Source: Verrucomicrobiia bacterium
GTDB lineage: Bacteria; Verrucomicrobiota; Verrucomicrobiia; Limisphaerales; UBA11358
NCBI GenBank assembly: GCA_035546095.1
Contig: DASZXB010000088.1
Span: forward strand, 3,042 to 67,041
Direction: 5' to 3'
Length of the DNA stretch: 64,000 bases
A model generated the notes under the pieces. That model did not search any database. It worked only from the letters and a program-made list of their open reading frames with translations, and was not told where the DNA came from. Made by a program: the position numbers and the translations under genes. Within the stretch, counting starts at the first letter, position 1. Each line of letters begins with the position of its first letter. This document shows, piece by piece, positions 47,064-56,129 of this stretch.

Positions 47064-48587
47064 TTATTCGGACTTTGATTTTTTGTCGAGCGCAGCTTGT
47101 TTTTGTTTCCGCCAATTTTCCAGCCGCTCCTTGATTTTCTTTTCCACGCCTTGTTCGGTCGGTTCGTAAAATTTTTTGTCCGCGCCGAGATAATCTTGCG
47201 GGACATAATGGCCTTCAAAATCGTGCGCGTATTTGTAGCCTTCGCCGTGGCCGAGTTTTTTCGCGCCTTGGTAGCTCGTGTCGCGCAGATGTTTCGGCAC
47301 TTCGAGCGTGCGACCGGATTCCACTTCGCGCATCGCCGCGCCGATGGCGGCAACGGTGGAATTGCTTTTCGGCGCGGTGGCGATGTAAATCGTCGCTTCG
47401 GCCAGCGGAATCCGCGCTTCCGGCCAGCCGATGAATTCCGCCGCCTGAAACGCCGCGTTCGCCAGCACGAGCGCCATCGGGTCGGCAAGGCCGACGTCTT
47501 CGGCGGCGTGAATGACGATGCGGCGCGCGATGAAACGCGGGTCTTCGCCGGCGTGAACCATTTTGGCGAGCCAATACAACGCGGCGTCGGGGTCGCTGCC
47601 GCGCATGGATTTGATGAACGCGGAAATCGTGTCGTAATGCGCGTCGCCATCGCCGTCATACACGACGGCTTTTTTTTGGATGCTCTGCTCGGCAACGGCG
47701 AGTGTGATGTGAATCGTGCCGTGTTGTTTGGAAGCAGGAGTTGCAGACTCCCTCTCCCCGCCCAAGCGGGGAGAGGGTTGGGGTGAGGGGATTTGAAATT
47801 TGGAGACATTGGCCTCCTCACCCCGGCCCTCTCCTCCTTTGGGGGAAGAGAGGGAGGAAACAGGCTCCGTTGTCAACGCGGCGATTTCGAGCGAGTTCAA
47901 TGCCTTGCGCGCGTCGCCGTCGGAAATTTTTGCCAGATGCCGCAACGCATTTTCATCGGCGACAATTTTCAGATAACCGAGTCCGCGTTCTTCGTCCTTC
48001 AACGCGTGTTGCAACAGCGCGAACAAATCGTCTTCGGTGAGCGGTTTTAATTCAAAAATTTGCGAGCGCGAGACGAGCGGGGAATTGACGAAGAAAAACG
48101 GATTGTGCGTCGTCGCGCCAATCAATTTGATGACGCCGCTTTCGACATCGGGCAACAAAACGTCCTGCTGCGATTTATTGAAGCGATGAATTTCGTCAAT
48201 GAACAAAATCGTGGACGCGCCGGTGTTTTCGCGGCGATTCGCGGCGGCGGATAACACGCGGCGCATATCGGCTACGTTGGATTCCACGCCGGAAAGCCGT
48301 TCAAATTTGGATTTGGTCTGACGCGCGATGATTTGCGCGAGCGACGTTTTGCCTGTTCCGGGCGGGCCGAAAAAAATGAGCGATTGGATGCGGTCGGCTT
48401 CAATCGCGCGGCGCAACAGTTGTCCGGGCGCGAGAATGTGTGATTGGCCGACGTATTCATCCAGATTGCGCGGGCGCATCCGCGCGGCGAGCGGCTGGCT
48501 GCGAAAATTATTTTCAGAAGTTGGCGGCAACGATTTTTCTTCCGGTTGATTTTCGACCGGAGCGGAAAACAAATCGTCGCGCGGCAT
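47064..48587 (-). CDS. rarA: replication-associated recombination protein A (AAA+ ATPase)
   Basis: GPPGTGKTS, LFIDEIHRFNK and the MgsA C-terminal domain (SMRGSDPDAALYWLA). It contains an extra segment (repeat 47750..47857). Confidence 0.93.
   Translation of the reverse strand: MPRDDLFSAPVENQPEEKSLPPTSENNFRSQPLAARMRPRNLDEYVGQSHILAPGQLLRRAIEADRIQSLIFFGPPGTGKTSLAQIIARQTKSKFERLSGVESNVADMRRVLSAAANRRENTGASTILFIDEIHRFNKSQQDVLLPDVESGVIKLIGATTHNPFFFVNSPLVSRSQIFELKPLTEDDLFALLQHALKDEERGLGYLKIVADENALRHLAKISDGDARKALNSLEIAALTTEPVSSLSSPKGGEGRGEEANVSKFQIPSPQPSPRLGGERESATPASKQHGTIHITLAVAEQSIQKKAVVYDGDGDAHYDTISAFIKSMRGSDPDAALYWLAKMVHAGEDPRFIARRIVIHAAEDVGLADPMALVLANAAFQAAEFIGWPEARIPLAEATIYIATAPKSNSTVAAIGAAMREVESGRTLEVPKHLRDTSYQGAKKLGHGEGYKYAHDFEGHYVPQDYLGADKKFYEPTEQGVEKKIKERLENWRKQKQAALDKKSKSE
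47750..47857. repeat. compound palindromic element (family C) in frame inside rarA
   Basis: First hairpin: ccctctccccgc-ccaa-gcggggagaggg, a 12-bp perfect stem. Second hairpin: ccctctcctcc-tttgg-gggaagagaggg. The two are bridged by complementary ggggtgagg / cctcacccc. It is 108 nt (36 codons) and encodes ..SSPKGGEGRGEEANVSKFQIPSPQPSPRLGGERE.. Confidence 0.75.
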
Positions 48588-48620
48588 GGATTCAAGTTAG
48601 CATCATCGAAAGATTTTGCC

Positions 48621-48652
48621 CAAAACAAAAAGCCCGCAACGGGTGGCGGGCT
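48621..48652 (-). terminator. intrinsic terminator on the minus strand, 33 nt upstream of the rarA start
   Basis: Read on the minus strand: agcccgc-cacccgtt-gcgggct followed by ttttgtttt. Confidence 0.7.
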
Positions 48653-48665
48653 TTGATTGCCGGGG

Positions 48666-48809
48666 TTAGCATGCGTTCCAGCAATCCTGAAAGAACCCCC
48701 GCCGCTGCCGTGTGATGCCCGATCCTTTGAACATGTTTTGCAACATGTGGAACTCGCGCGCCGGCTTTCGACTTCCAATCAAGGCATGTCGGCCACCGCC
48801 GCAACTCAT
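48666..48809 (-). CDS. candidate 47-aa peptide (or small RNA) ending just before the terminator
   Basis: ATG at 48809, TAA at 48668..48666: MSCGGGRHALIGSRKPAREFHMLQNMFKGSGITRQRRGFFQDCWNAC. The stop lies 13 nt before the terminator stem. No clear RBS, and codon usage is atypical. Confidence 0.25.
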   Translation of the reverse strand: MSCGGGRHALIGSRKPAREFHMLQNMFKGSGITRQRRGFFQDCWNAC

Positions 48810-49056
48810 CCCGGGATTCGTATAACTACGGTTCAAGGACTGCAAACAATCACGAACAGAGCAGGGAAATCTCGAAATCGTTTATTCAAAGAACAGCGCT
48901 AACTTCTGATGCAGTTATCGTCCTGTGCGCGAAAATTCTCAAGAAAAATTTTTGAAAAAATTTTGCGCCGTTCGGTTGACAAATACGCCGAAGTGAATCC
49001 TGAAAACTTCGCTCGCCCGCGCCGTGGATTTTAGCTAATCTCTTCGCCCGTTTCAG

Positions 49057-51987
49057 ATGATGACGTCCGTACAGATCCGGCAATCGTTCCTCGATTTTTT
49101 CAAATCGAAACAACACACTATTGTTCCGTCGAGTTCACTCATGCCCGACTCGCCGAACCTGCTGTTCACGAACGCGGGCATGAACCAGTTCGTCCCGATT
49201 TTTCTCGGCCAGACGAAATGTCCTTACACGCCCGGACGTGCTGCCGACACGCAAAAGTGCATCCGCGCCGGCGGCAAACACAACGATTTGGATGATGTCG
49301 GCCTCGACACGTATCATCACACATTTTTTGAAATGCTCGGCAACTGGAGCTTCGGCGATTATTTCAAAAAGGAAGCGATTGATTGGGCGTGGGAACTCGT
49401 CGTCGAAAAATGGAAATTCCCGCCATCGCGCCTTTATGCGACGGTTTATTCGCCGGACAAATCCAAAAACGACCCCAGCGAATTTGATCAAGACGCGTGG
49501 AATTTCTGGGCGGAAAAATTTCGTAGTGTTGACCTCGACCCGAAAATTCACATCGTCAACGGCAACAAAAAAGATAATTTCTGGATGATGGGCGAAACCG
49601 GTCCGTGTGGGCCGTGCTCCGAATTGCATGTTGATTTGACGCAAAATGGCGATACGCAAGGCGCACTCGTCAACAAAGGCAGTTCCGAGTGCATCGAAAT
49701 CTGGAATCTGGTTTTCATCCAGTTCAACGCCAATCCCGACGGCACATTTTCGCCGCTGCCCGCCAAACACGTGGATACCGGCATGGGTTTCGAGCGTGTC
49801 ACGAGCATCCTGCAATGCACGAAAAATTTCACCAATTTCGGCGCCACGATTTCCAATTACGAGACTGATATTTTTCGCCCGATTTTCGATGCCATCGAAA
49901 AATTAAGCGGCAAAAAATACGGCAGCACATTGCCTGCGTCTGGAACCACCGGCAATACGAAACAGGAGAAAATTGACATTGCCTTCCGCGTCATCGCCGA
50001 CCACATCCGCACGTTGAGTTTTGCGATTGCCGACGGCATCCAGCCCGGCAACAACGACCGCAATTACGTTTTGCGCCGCATTTTGCGCCGCGCGATGCTC
50101 TTCGGCCGCACGCTCGGATTTCACGAGCCGTTTCTCTACAAACTCGTGGACGTGCTCGCCGACACGATGGGCGAAGTTTTTTCCGAAATCCGCGCGAAGA
50201 AAAAACACGTGCAGGAAGTCATCAAGCGCGAAGAGGAAATGTTTAACCAAAATTTGGATAAAGGACTTCAAATTCTTGAAATGGATGTTTTGTGGAATAC
50301 ATGGATAAATGCTGCGTCAAAAGAAGGCTGGACAAAATTGGAAGCGAGACGAGCTTTTGGTGAAAGTGGAGAAAGTGAAATTGATTTGCTTCGTGATTTA
50401 CTTGGTGGAAAGCAACCTGCTGCTGAAATGATAATTAGCGTTTCATTTTCAAAAGGTGGTGAACGTAAAGGACCATTTTCATTAGTTCAAATAAGCGCTG
50501 GAGTCTGTCGCGATTTTCTTACGACCATACCAATTATTTCAGGCGAAGATGCTTTCAGATTACATGACACTTACGGTTTTCCTGTTGAAGAAACCGAACG
50601 CTTGGCGCGTGAACGTGGTTTGACCGTGGACAAAGTCGGTTTTAGAAAGTTGATGGATGAGCAGCGCGCCCGCGCTCGCGCCGCGCAAAAAAAAGAAGTC
50701 ATTTCGCTTTCCGTAAGTGACATAACGACGGAATTTGTCGGTTTTGATTCTCTCGAAGCTGATGCTCTGGTTGTCAATACACACGAGATTTCTGGCAAGT
50801 CATTCGCGATTGTTAATCGTTCGCCGTTGTATGCGGAAATGGGCGGTCAAGTTGGCGATACAGGTAAATTATCGGCTGAAGGCAAAACTTTCACGATTTT
50901 GAATACTGTAAAAAAGGGACAATCGTTTTATTTACAACTCGACGAACCGCTGCATCTTTTGGAAAGCGATCCACGGAGAGAAATTTCAGCTCACCTGACA
51001 GTTGACAAATTGCGCCGCAACGCCATTCAACGCCACCACACGGTCACGCATTTGCTGCACTGGGCGTTGCACGAAGTCGCGAGCAAGGAAGCATCGCAAA
51101 AAGGTTCATTCGTCGGGCCGGACAAATTGACGTTCGATTTCAATTCGCCGCCGCTTACGCCGTCGCAAGTCGCGGACATCGAAAAATTGGTGAACGAGAA
51201 AATTCTCGAAAACACGCTGGTGTCGTGGACGGAAGTGCCGCACGCGGACGTGAAAAATCGCAAGGACGTGATGCAATTTTTCGGCGACAAATACGGCGAC
51301 ACCGTGCGCGTCGTGCAAATCGGCGGTCAGGCTCATAACCTGAACGGCTATTCGATGGAACTTTGCGGCGGAACTCATGTTCGCGCGACAGGCGAAATCG
51401 GTTTGTTCCGCATCGTCGGCGAAAGTGCGATTGCGGCGGGTGTTCGCCGAATTGAAGCTGTTGCCGGATTGGAAGCTTACAACCGCGCGAATGACGAATT
51501 GCATTTGATCAAAACGCTCGCGGGCAAGGTGAATTCGCCGGTTCACGAATTGGAAAAGAAAATTGAGTCGTTGCTGGAGCGGCAAAAGGAATTAGAGCGG
51601 GAAATCAAAATCGCCATGCAGCGCAATGCGTCGAACGCCGCGAGCGAATTGCTGGAGCGCATGCATACGGTGAACGGAATTCCGTTCATTGCGCACAATC
51701 TTGGCGTGGCGGAGCCGGATTTTTTGCAGGCGATCGCCGATGCGCTCAAGGGACGTTTTCAAGGTGTCATTGTGTTGGGCGGTCACAAATTGAACGCGGT
51801 CACGCTCATTTGCGCGGTCACGCCGGAATACACTTCAAAAATTCAGGCGGGAAAAATCATCCAGCAAATCGCGCCGATTGTCGGCGGCAAAGGCGGCGGC
51901 AAACCGGACAACGCGCGTGGCGGCGGTCGGGATTCGACTAAATTGGATGAAGCGCTGGCTAAAGCGAAAGCGCTGTTGGAATCTTAA
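49057..51987 (+). CDS. alaS: alanine--tRNA ligase
   Basis: FTNAGMNQF, class II motifs, HTVTHLLHWAL editing-domain motif and a C-terminal DHHA1-like GGGKPD. It contains an AT-rich mosaic segment with an insertion of roughly 70 aa. Confidence 0.97.
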   Translation: MMTSVQIRQSFLDFFKSKQHTIVPSSSLMPDSPNLLFTNAGMNQFVPIFLGQTKCPYTPGRAADTQKCIRAGGKHNDLDDVGLDTYHHTFFEMLGNWSFGDYFKKEAIDWAWELVVEKWKFPPSRLYATVYSPDKSKNDPSEFDQDAWNFWAEKFRSVDLDPKIHIVNGNKKDNFWMMGETGPCGPCSELHVDLTQNGDTQGALVNKGSSECIEIWNLVFIQFNANPDGTFSPLPAKHVDTGMGFERVTSILQCTKNFTNFGATISNYETDIFRPIFDAIEKLSGKKYGSTLPASGTTGNTKQEKIDIAFRVIADHIRTLSFAIADGIQPGNNDRNYVLRRILRRAMLFGRTLGFHEPFLYKLVDVLADTMGEVFSEIRAKKKHVQEVIKREEEMFNQNLDKGLQILEMDVLWNTWINAASKEGWTKLEARRAFGESGESEIDLLRDLLGGKQPAAEMIISVSFSKGGERKGPFSLVQISAGVCRDFLTTIPIISGEDAFRLHDTYGFPVEETERLARERGLTVDKVGFRKLMDEQRARARAAQKKEVISLSVSDITTEFVGFDSLEADALVVNTHEISGKSFAIVNRSPLYAEMGGQVGDTGKLSAEGKTFTILNTVKKGQSFYLQLDEPLHLLESDPRREISAHLTVDKLRRNAIQRHHTVTHLLHWALHEVASKEASQKGSFVGPDKLTFDFNSPPLTPSQVADIEKLVNEKILENTLVSWTEVPHADVKNRKDVMQFFGDKYGDTVRVVQIGGQAHNLNGYSMELCGGTHVRATGEIGLFRIVGESAIAAGVRRIEAVAGLEAYNRANDELHLIKTLAGKVNSPVHELEKKIESLLERQKELEREIKIAMQRNASNAASELLERMHTVNGIPFIAHNLGVAEPDFLQAIADALKGRFQGVIVLGGHKLNAVTLICAVTPEYTSKIQAGKIIQQIAPIVGGKGGGKPDNARGGGRDSTKLDEALAKAKALLES

Positions 51988-52739
51988 TGGTTCGAGTTGG
52001 GAGGTTGTCCTCCGCCCATTTTCTTCATGAACTGCGCGCGCATCATTTCCTGCACGTTAGTATATTTGGTGAAGCCGGCCGGCGGGTCAAACAGACTGGA
52101 ATCGGGTTTGGCCAGTGAAATATTTTTGAACAGCATAGTAATATCGTGACCGGCCTCGGTCGTCTGGATTTTTACCGGAAAATTTTTCAGGTCCGTCGCG
52201 TTCCAAGTGGTGGATTCATGTTTTTCACCCTTGCTGTCAGTGATGACAACTTTGTTTTTGTCGCAAACATGGCCATCCACGGTTTCCCGACCCAGTTTCG
52301 TGGTTTCCATCTTGAAATTGTTCGTCTTGCCGGCGTCCGCGTTTGGCGTCGCGATTTGAGCGTAGCTTTCCATTCCGGGATAGACCAAATAGGTGACTTT
52401 TTCGTCCGGGCGCGTGATGGTCACAATCTGATCCATGCCCATCGCTTTCATTTGCGCGATGGCCTGCGGATTCAACTGTTTGCTTTGCATGTCTGAAAGT
52501 TTCATGTCAAAGCGCGTCTTGTCGGAACTGAACGACATGGTGCCGGGCGCGCTGAACGCATTGCCGCTTTCATCGGTGGTCTGCACTTCGACCGCAGCGG
52601 AAAAATTTTGATTGTCGCCGAAAAGTTGGCGCAAAGCGGCGTTGAATTCCGGACCCGACTGACTACCCATTTGTGAATATGCAGGAATCAGTCCGGCAAA
52701 AAGGATGGCGAAAATCAGGATGGAAATGTGTTTTTTCAT
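51984..52739 (-). CDS. secreted protein, DUF4412/LolA-like (tentative)
   Basis: From the ATG at 52739: signal peptide MKKHISILIFAILFAGLIPAYSQ. Its stop overlaps the alaS stop. Confidence 0.55.
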   Translation of the reverse strand: MKKHISILIFAILFAGLIPAYSQMGSQSGPEFNAALRQLFGDNQNFSAAVEVQTTDESGNAFSAPGTMSFSSDKTRFDMKLSDMQSKQLNPQAIAQMKAMGMDQIVTITRPDEKVTYLVYPGMESYAQIATPNADAGKTNNFKMETTKLGRETVDGHVCDKNKVVITDSKGEKHESTTWNATDLKNFPVKIQTTEAGHDITMLFKNISLAKPDSSLFDPPAGFTKYTNVQEMMRAQFMKKMGGGQPPNSNH

Positions 52740-52864
52740 GGTTTTGATCTGCTTTGTTCGCCGGATTGAAAACCAGATGTCTTGCAAAGTCCAGTTCAAA
52801 CCGTTGAATTTTACCCGCGCGATTTGCGTGCGTTCTGACAAAGGATGTGTTACAACTGAATTAG

Positions 52865-55171
52865 ATGAGTTCGCCTGAAAAACATCGCGTCGAAACCCCG
52901 CACTGTCTCGCGCGGTCGGTCGCCGACACGCTGGCCGAAGAACCTTTGCTCGAAGCGGTAACGATTGACCCGGCGCAAAATAAAATTTCCGTCGCCACGC
53001 TCGGTCGCGCCGACGTGGAGCAATTGACGCGACGGCTTACGGAAAAATTACAATCTGCGCAGAACCCTGAATCAAATCAGAGCTGCTCACTTTTGAGCGG
53101 CAAAAGCGATTGCGCGATTTGCGACGCGCCGTTGTCCAAAACCGAGCGGTCAAGAATTGTCGTCAAACATGATGGCGCGGGCACGACGATTGCGCGCGCG
53201 ACGTGCCCGACCGCGCCGAAATTCTGGCGCTGGCGCGAAATGCCATTTCCCAAAATCGTTCCGCGCGACGTGGAGTTTCTCGAACACACCGACGAGGTGG
53301 ATGAATGGAAACCGCAATTGGCGCTGGCGATTCTTTGCGGCGTTTTCGGACTGGCCGGATTTTTTTCGCCCGCGCCGTTCAAGCTCATTTTTTACGTTGC
53401 GGCCTATTTCGCCGGCGGTTTTTATCCGGCGGAAGAAGTTTGGGAACGGCTGCGGAAACGCACGATTGACGTGCATTTTCTCATGCTGGCGGTGGCCGCC
53501 GCCGCCGCGTATCTCGGCGCGTGGGGCGAGGGCGCGACGCTGCTGTTTTTGTTTTCGCTGTCCGGCGCGTTGGAACATTTCGCGCTGGGACGGACGCAAA
53601 AGGAAATCCGTTCGCTCTTCCGCGACGCGCCCAAAACGGCGACGGTCATCGGCGAACAAAATCGCGAACGCGAAGTGCCAGTCGAAAATCTTCGTCCGGG
53701 AATGCGCCTGCTCGTCAAGCCCGGCGCGCAATTCGCCGTGGACGCGGAAGTCGTCAAAGGCGCGACGGCGGCGGACGAATCGAATTTGACCGGCGAAGCG
53801 ACGCCGTCGGAAAAAAATGTCGGTGATTCGGTGCTGGCCGGCACCATCAATTTGTGGGGCGCAGTCGAAGTCGTCGTGACGAAACCCGCCGAGGAAAGTT
53901 CGCTGCAAAAAATCATCACGCTCATCAAGGAAGCGCAGCAGCAAAAAGCGCCCGCGCAACAATTCACGGACAAGTTCAGCACCGGTTACACCTATTTCGT
54001 GCTTGGAATGTTCGGCGTGATGTATTTTGTCTGGTGGCTCGGCTTCGGCCTCGCGCCGGGACGTTCCGCCGTCGAATCCCACAGCGCGTTGTATCGCGCG
54101 GGCACGCTGCTCGTCGTCGCGTCGCCGTGCGCGCTGGTGCTTTCGATTCCGAGCGCAATTTTGGCGGCGATTGCCTTTGGCGCGCGGCACGGAATTTTGT
54201 TTCGCGGCGGTGCGGCAGTGGAAAAATTGGCGGAAATCAACGTCGTCGCACTCGACAAAACCGGCACGCTCACGACCGGTGAATTGCGCGTCGAAAAAAT
54301 CGAAAGTTTTCCTGCTGGCCACGAACGCGAAATCGCGCAAATTGCTTTTTCGCTCGACCGTCTTTCCACGCATCCGCTGGCGCGCGCCATCACACGCTAC
54401 GGCAAACAGCAAAATTTTGAGCCGTTGAACGTGCAGGATTACGAATACGTCACCGCACAAGGTTCGCAGGCGCGCATCCACGGCGCAAAAGTCCGATTGG
54501 GACGGCGCGATTGGATCGCGCACGGCAATCACGCGGCGAACGTCCAGCAAGTCGCATCCACGGACGCTGGATTTTCCGAAGTCTGGGTCGAGCGCGACGA
54601 CTTGGTTGGCCGAATTATTTTGCGCGATGACATTCGTCCGCAAGCCGCGCAAGTCGTGGACGAATTGCGCCACGCCGGATTACGTTCGGTGGTTTTGACC
54701 GGCGACCGCCAGTCCACGGCGGAGCATCTGAAAACCGAACTCAAACTGGACGACGTGCGCGCGGAATTGAAGCCGGAACAAAAAGTCGCCGCCATCCGCG
54801 AATTGAGCGGGCAGGGGAAGCGCGTCGCGATGATTGGCGACGGCGTGAACGACGCGCCGAGCCTTGCCGCCGCCGCCATCGGCGTGGCGATGGGCGCGCG
54901 CGGTTCAGATGCCGCGCTGGAGCAGGCGGATGTCGTTTTGATGCACGACCGGCTGGAAAATTTTCTGGCCGCGTTCCGTTTGAGCCAGCGTTCGCGCGCC
55001 GTCATCAAACAAAATCTATTCATTTCGCTTGGCACGGTCGTGGTGCTCGTGACGTTCGCGTTGATCGGAAAAATTCCTTTGCCCGTCGGCGTCGTTGGCC
55101 ATGAAGGCAGCACTGTGGTCGTGGTGATGAACAGCTTGCGATTACTGTTCGGCGGTGTTCAGAAAAAATGA
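52865..55171 (+). CDS. heavy-metal-translocating P1B-type ATPase (SPC / HEGST motifs)
   Basis: DKTGTLT, GDGVNDAP, TM motif ASPCAL and terminal-helix HEGSTVVVVMNSLRLL. The N-terminal approx 130 aa lack a CxxC metal-binding domain. Confidence 0.9.
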   Translation: MSSPEKHRVETPHCLARSVADTLAEEPLLEAVTIDPAQNKISVATLGRADVEQLTRRLTEKLQSAQNPESNQSCSLLSGKSDCAICDAPLSKTERSRIVVKHDGAGTTIARATCPTAPKFWRWREMPFPKIVPRDVEFLEHTDEVDEWKPQLALAILCGVFGLAGFFSPAPFKLIFYVAAYFAGGFYPAEEVWERLRKRTIDVHFLMLAVAAAAAYLGAWGEGATLLFLFSLSGALEHFALGRTQKEIRSLFRDAPKTATVIGEQNREREVPVENLRPGMRLLVKPGAQFAVDAEVVKGATAADESNLTGEATPSEKNVGDSVLAGTINLWGAVEVVVTKPAEESSLQKIITLIKEAQQQKAPAQQFTDKFSTGYTYFVLGMFGVMYFVWWLGFGLAPGRSAVESHSALYRAGTLLVVASPCALVLSIPSAILAAIAFGARHGILFRGGAAVEKLAEINVVALDKTGTLTTGELRVEKIESFPAGHEREIAQIAFSLDRLSTHPLARAITRYGKQQNFEPLNVQDYEYVTAQGSQARIHGAKVRLGRRDWIAHGNHAANVQQVASTDAGFSEVWVERDDLVGRIILRDDIRPQAAQVVDELRHAGLRSVVLTGDRQSTAEHLKTELKLDDVRAELKPEQKVAAIRELSGQGKRVAMIGDGVNDAPSLAAAAIGVAMGARGSDAALEQADVVLMHDRLENFLAAFRLSQRSRAVIKQNLFISLGTVVVLVTFALIGKIPLPVGVVGHEGSTVVVVMNSLRLLFGGVQKK

Positions 55172-55207
55172 ATTGTCTTTGGCGCGGTTAATCGGTTTAT
55201 TCGCGGC

Positions 55208-55675
55208 ATGAAGGAGAAGTTTATGCGGGAAGCCATCCGGCTTTCGCATTCCAAAATGCAAAAAAATTGCGGCGGACCGTTCGGCGCGGTCGTGGTTCGC
55301 AATGGGAAAATTGTCGGGCGCGGCTGGAATCAAGTTACTTCGGCGAACGACCCGACGGCGCACGCGGAAATCGCGGCGATTCGTGATGCGTGCAAAAAAT
55401 TGAAGACATTCCGGCTTGATGATTGCGAGCTTTACGCCAGTTGCGAGCCGTGCCCGATGTGTCTGGCGGCGATTTACTGGGCGCGCTTCCAAAAAGTCTA
55501 TTACGCCAACACGCGCAAGGACGCCGCCAAGATTGAATTCGATGATGATTTGATTTACCGCGAAGTGGCCAAGCCGGTTTCGCGCCGGAAAATTCCGATG
55601 AAACAATTCTTGCGCGCCGAAGCGTTGAAAGTTTTTACCGAATGGGAAAATAAAACGGACAAAATCCGTTATTGA
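55208..55675 (+). CDS. CMP/dCMP-type zinc deaminase (guanine/tRNA-adenosine deaminase-like)
   Basis: HAEIAAI and CEPCPMC zinc motifs. Confidence 0.88.
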   Translation: MKEKFMREAIRLSHSKMQKNCGGPFGAVVVRNGKIVGRGWNQVTSANDPTAHAEIAAIRDACKKLKTFRLDDCELYASCEPCPMCLAAIYWARFQKVYYANTRKDAAKIEFDDDLIYREVAKPVSRRKIPMKQFLRAEALKVFTEWENKTDKIRY

Positions 55676-55683
55676 AGTTTGCT

Positions 55684-55791
55684 GGCTAACGGCCAAGAAC
55701 TGAGCCACGCCGCCGGCGACTTCTGCCAACCCAAAACCCGCAGCGCAAACGGACCGGCGTAACCGGCGTTGGCTCCAGTGATGTGTTAAGC
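55684..55791 (-). other. attC-like recombination-site candidate (108 nt)
   Basis: Read on the minus strand. R'' is GCTTAAC, which fits RYYYAAC and overlaps the stop of the 93-aa ORF. It is followed by a 5-nt unpaired spacer. Then comes the stem ACTG(G)AGCCA(A)CGCCG, which pairs 14 bp with CGGCGTGGCTCAGT and leaves two bulged bases on the R'' side. A 51-nt variable loop and an 8-nt spacer complete the site. R' is GTTAGCC, one mismatch to GTTRRRY. Confidence 0.35.
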
Positions 55792-56067
55792 CTTTTTGTA
55801 ATCATCTAAATCTCGGCGCTTCCCACCGCGCTCTGCAAAATCTGCCAGCCAGCCGCTATATTCGCGCTCAAAAATCCAATCAAGCGGTCGGCTGAACTCG
55901 TCTGGATGAACCAAAACATGATAATCGCTCAAATTCGGAATGATGCGCTCAAGACCGATATACTGCTCTGCCCACTCTTTGTAGCCGGGCAACTCTGCCA
56001 TGAGACACCACTTCTTCTCCATCACCAGCTTCTTGCGGGCTTCTAACTCGGCTTGGTGATTTTCCAT
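55786..56067 (-). CDS. hypothetical 93-aa protein (candidate integron cassette ORF)
   Basis: Codon usage (GAG/AAG-rich) differs from the neighbouring genes. It is preceded by GTTAGGC 13 nt upstream of the ATG (plus-strand gcctaac at 56081..56087). Confidence 0.5.
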   Translation of the reverse strand: MENHQAELEARKKLVMEKKWCLMAELPGYKEWAEQYIGLERIIPNLSDYHVLVHPDEFSRPLDWIFEREYSGWLADFAERGGKRRDLDDYKKA

Positions 56068-56129
56068 AACGTGTCAAAAGGCCTAACTATTGATATACGA
56101 ACGGCGACTTATATATTAGACTCAAACAC

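Noticed and set aside
47054-47821. 255-aa same-strand ORF overlapping rarA in another frame.
   Set aside because: The translation is Pro/Arg/Ser/Lys-rich and low in complexity, and the rarA frame carries all the conserved AAA+ motifs. There is no independent start signal.
48653-49056. RNase P RNA, tmRNA or SRP RNA in the rarA-alaS gap.
   Set aside because: None of the conserved motifs was found on either strand by eye: GAGGAAAGUCCGG and ACAGAA.CCGGCUUA for RNase P, GGGG..UUCGACG plus a tRNA-like CCA end for tmRNA, or GGAAGCAGCC for SRP RNA. Only the generic sRNA/peptide hypothesis was kept.
50290-50530. Intein as the explanation for the alaS insertion.
   Set aside because: There is no Cys/Ser/Thr at the N-junction, no His-Asn at the C-junction, no endonuclease motifs, and the segment is too short.
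53150-54673. 507-aa ORF antisense to the P-type ATPase gene. Similar long antisense or alternative-frame ORFs occur at 6310..7089, 34198..35157, 35119..35892, 37022..37873, 39197..40033, 56546..57997 and 59507..60301.
   Set aside because: Each lies fully inside a strongly recognisable gene on the other strand. Their translations are Arg/Ala/Gly-rich with no motifs. This is the usual stop-codon-poor mirror frame of GC-rich coding DNA.
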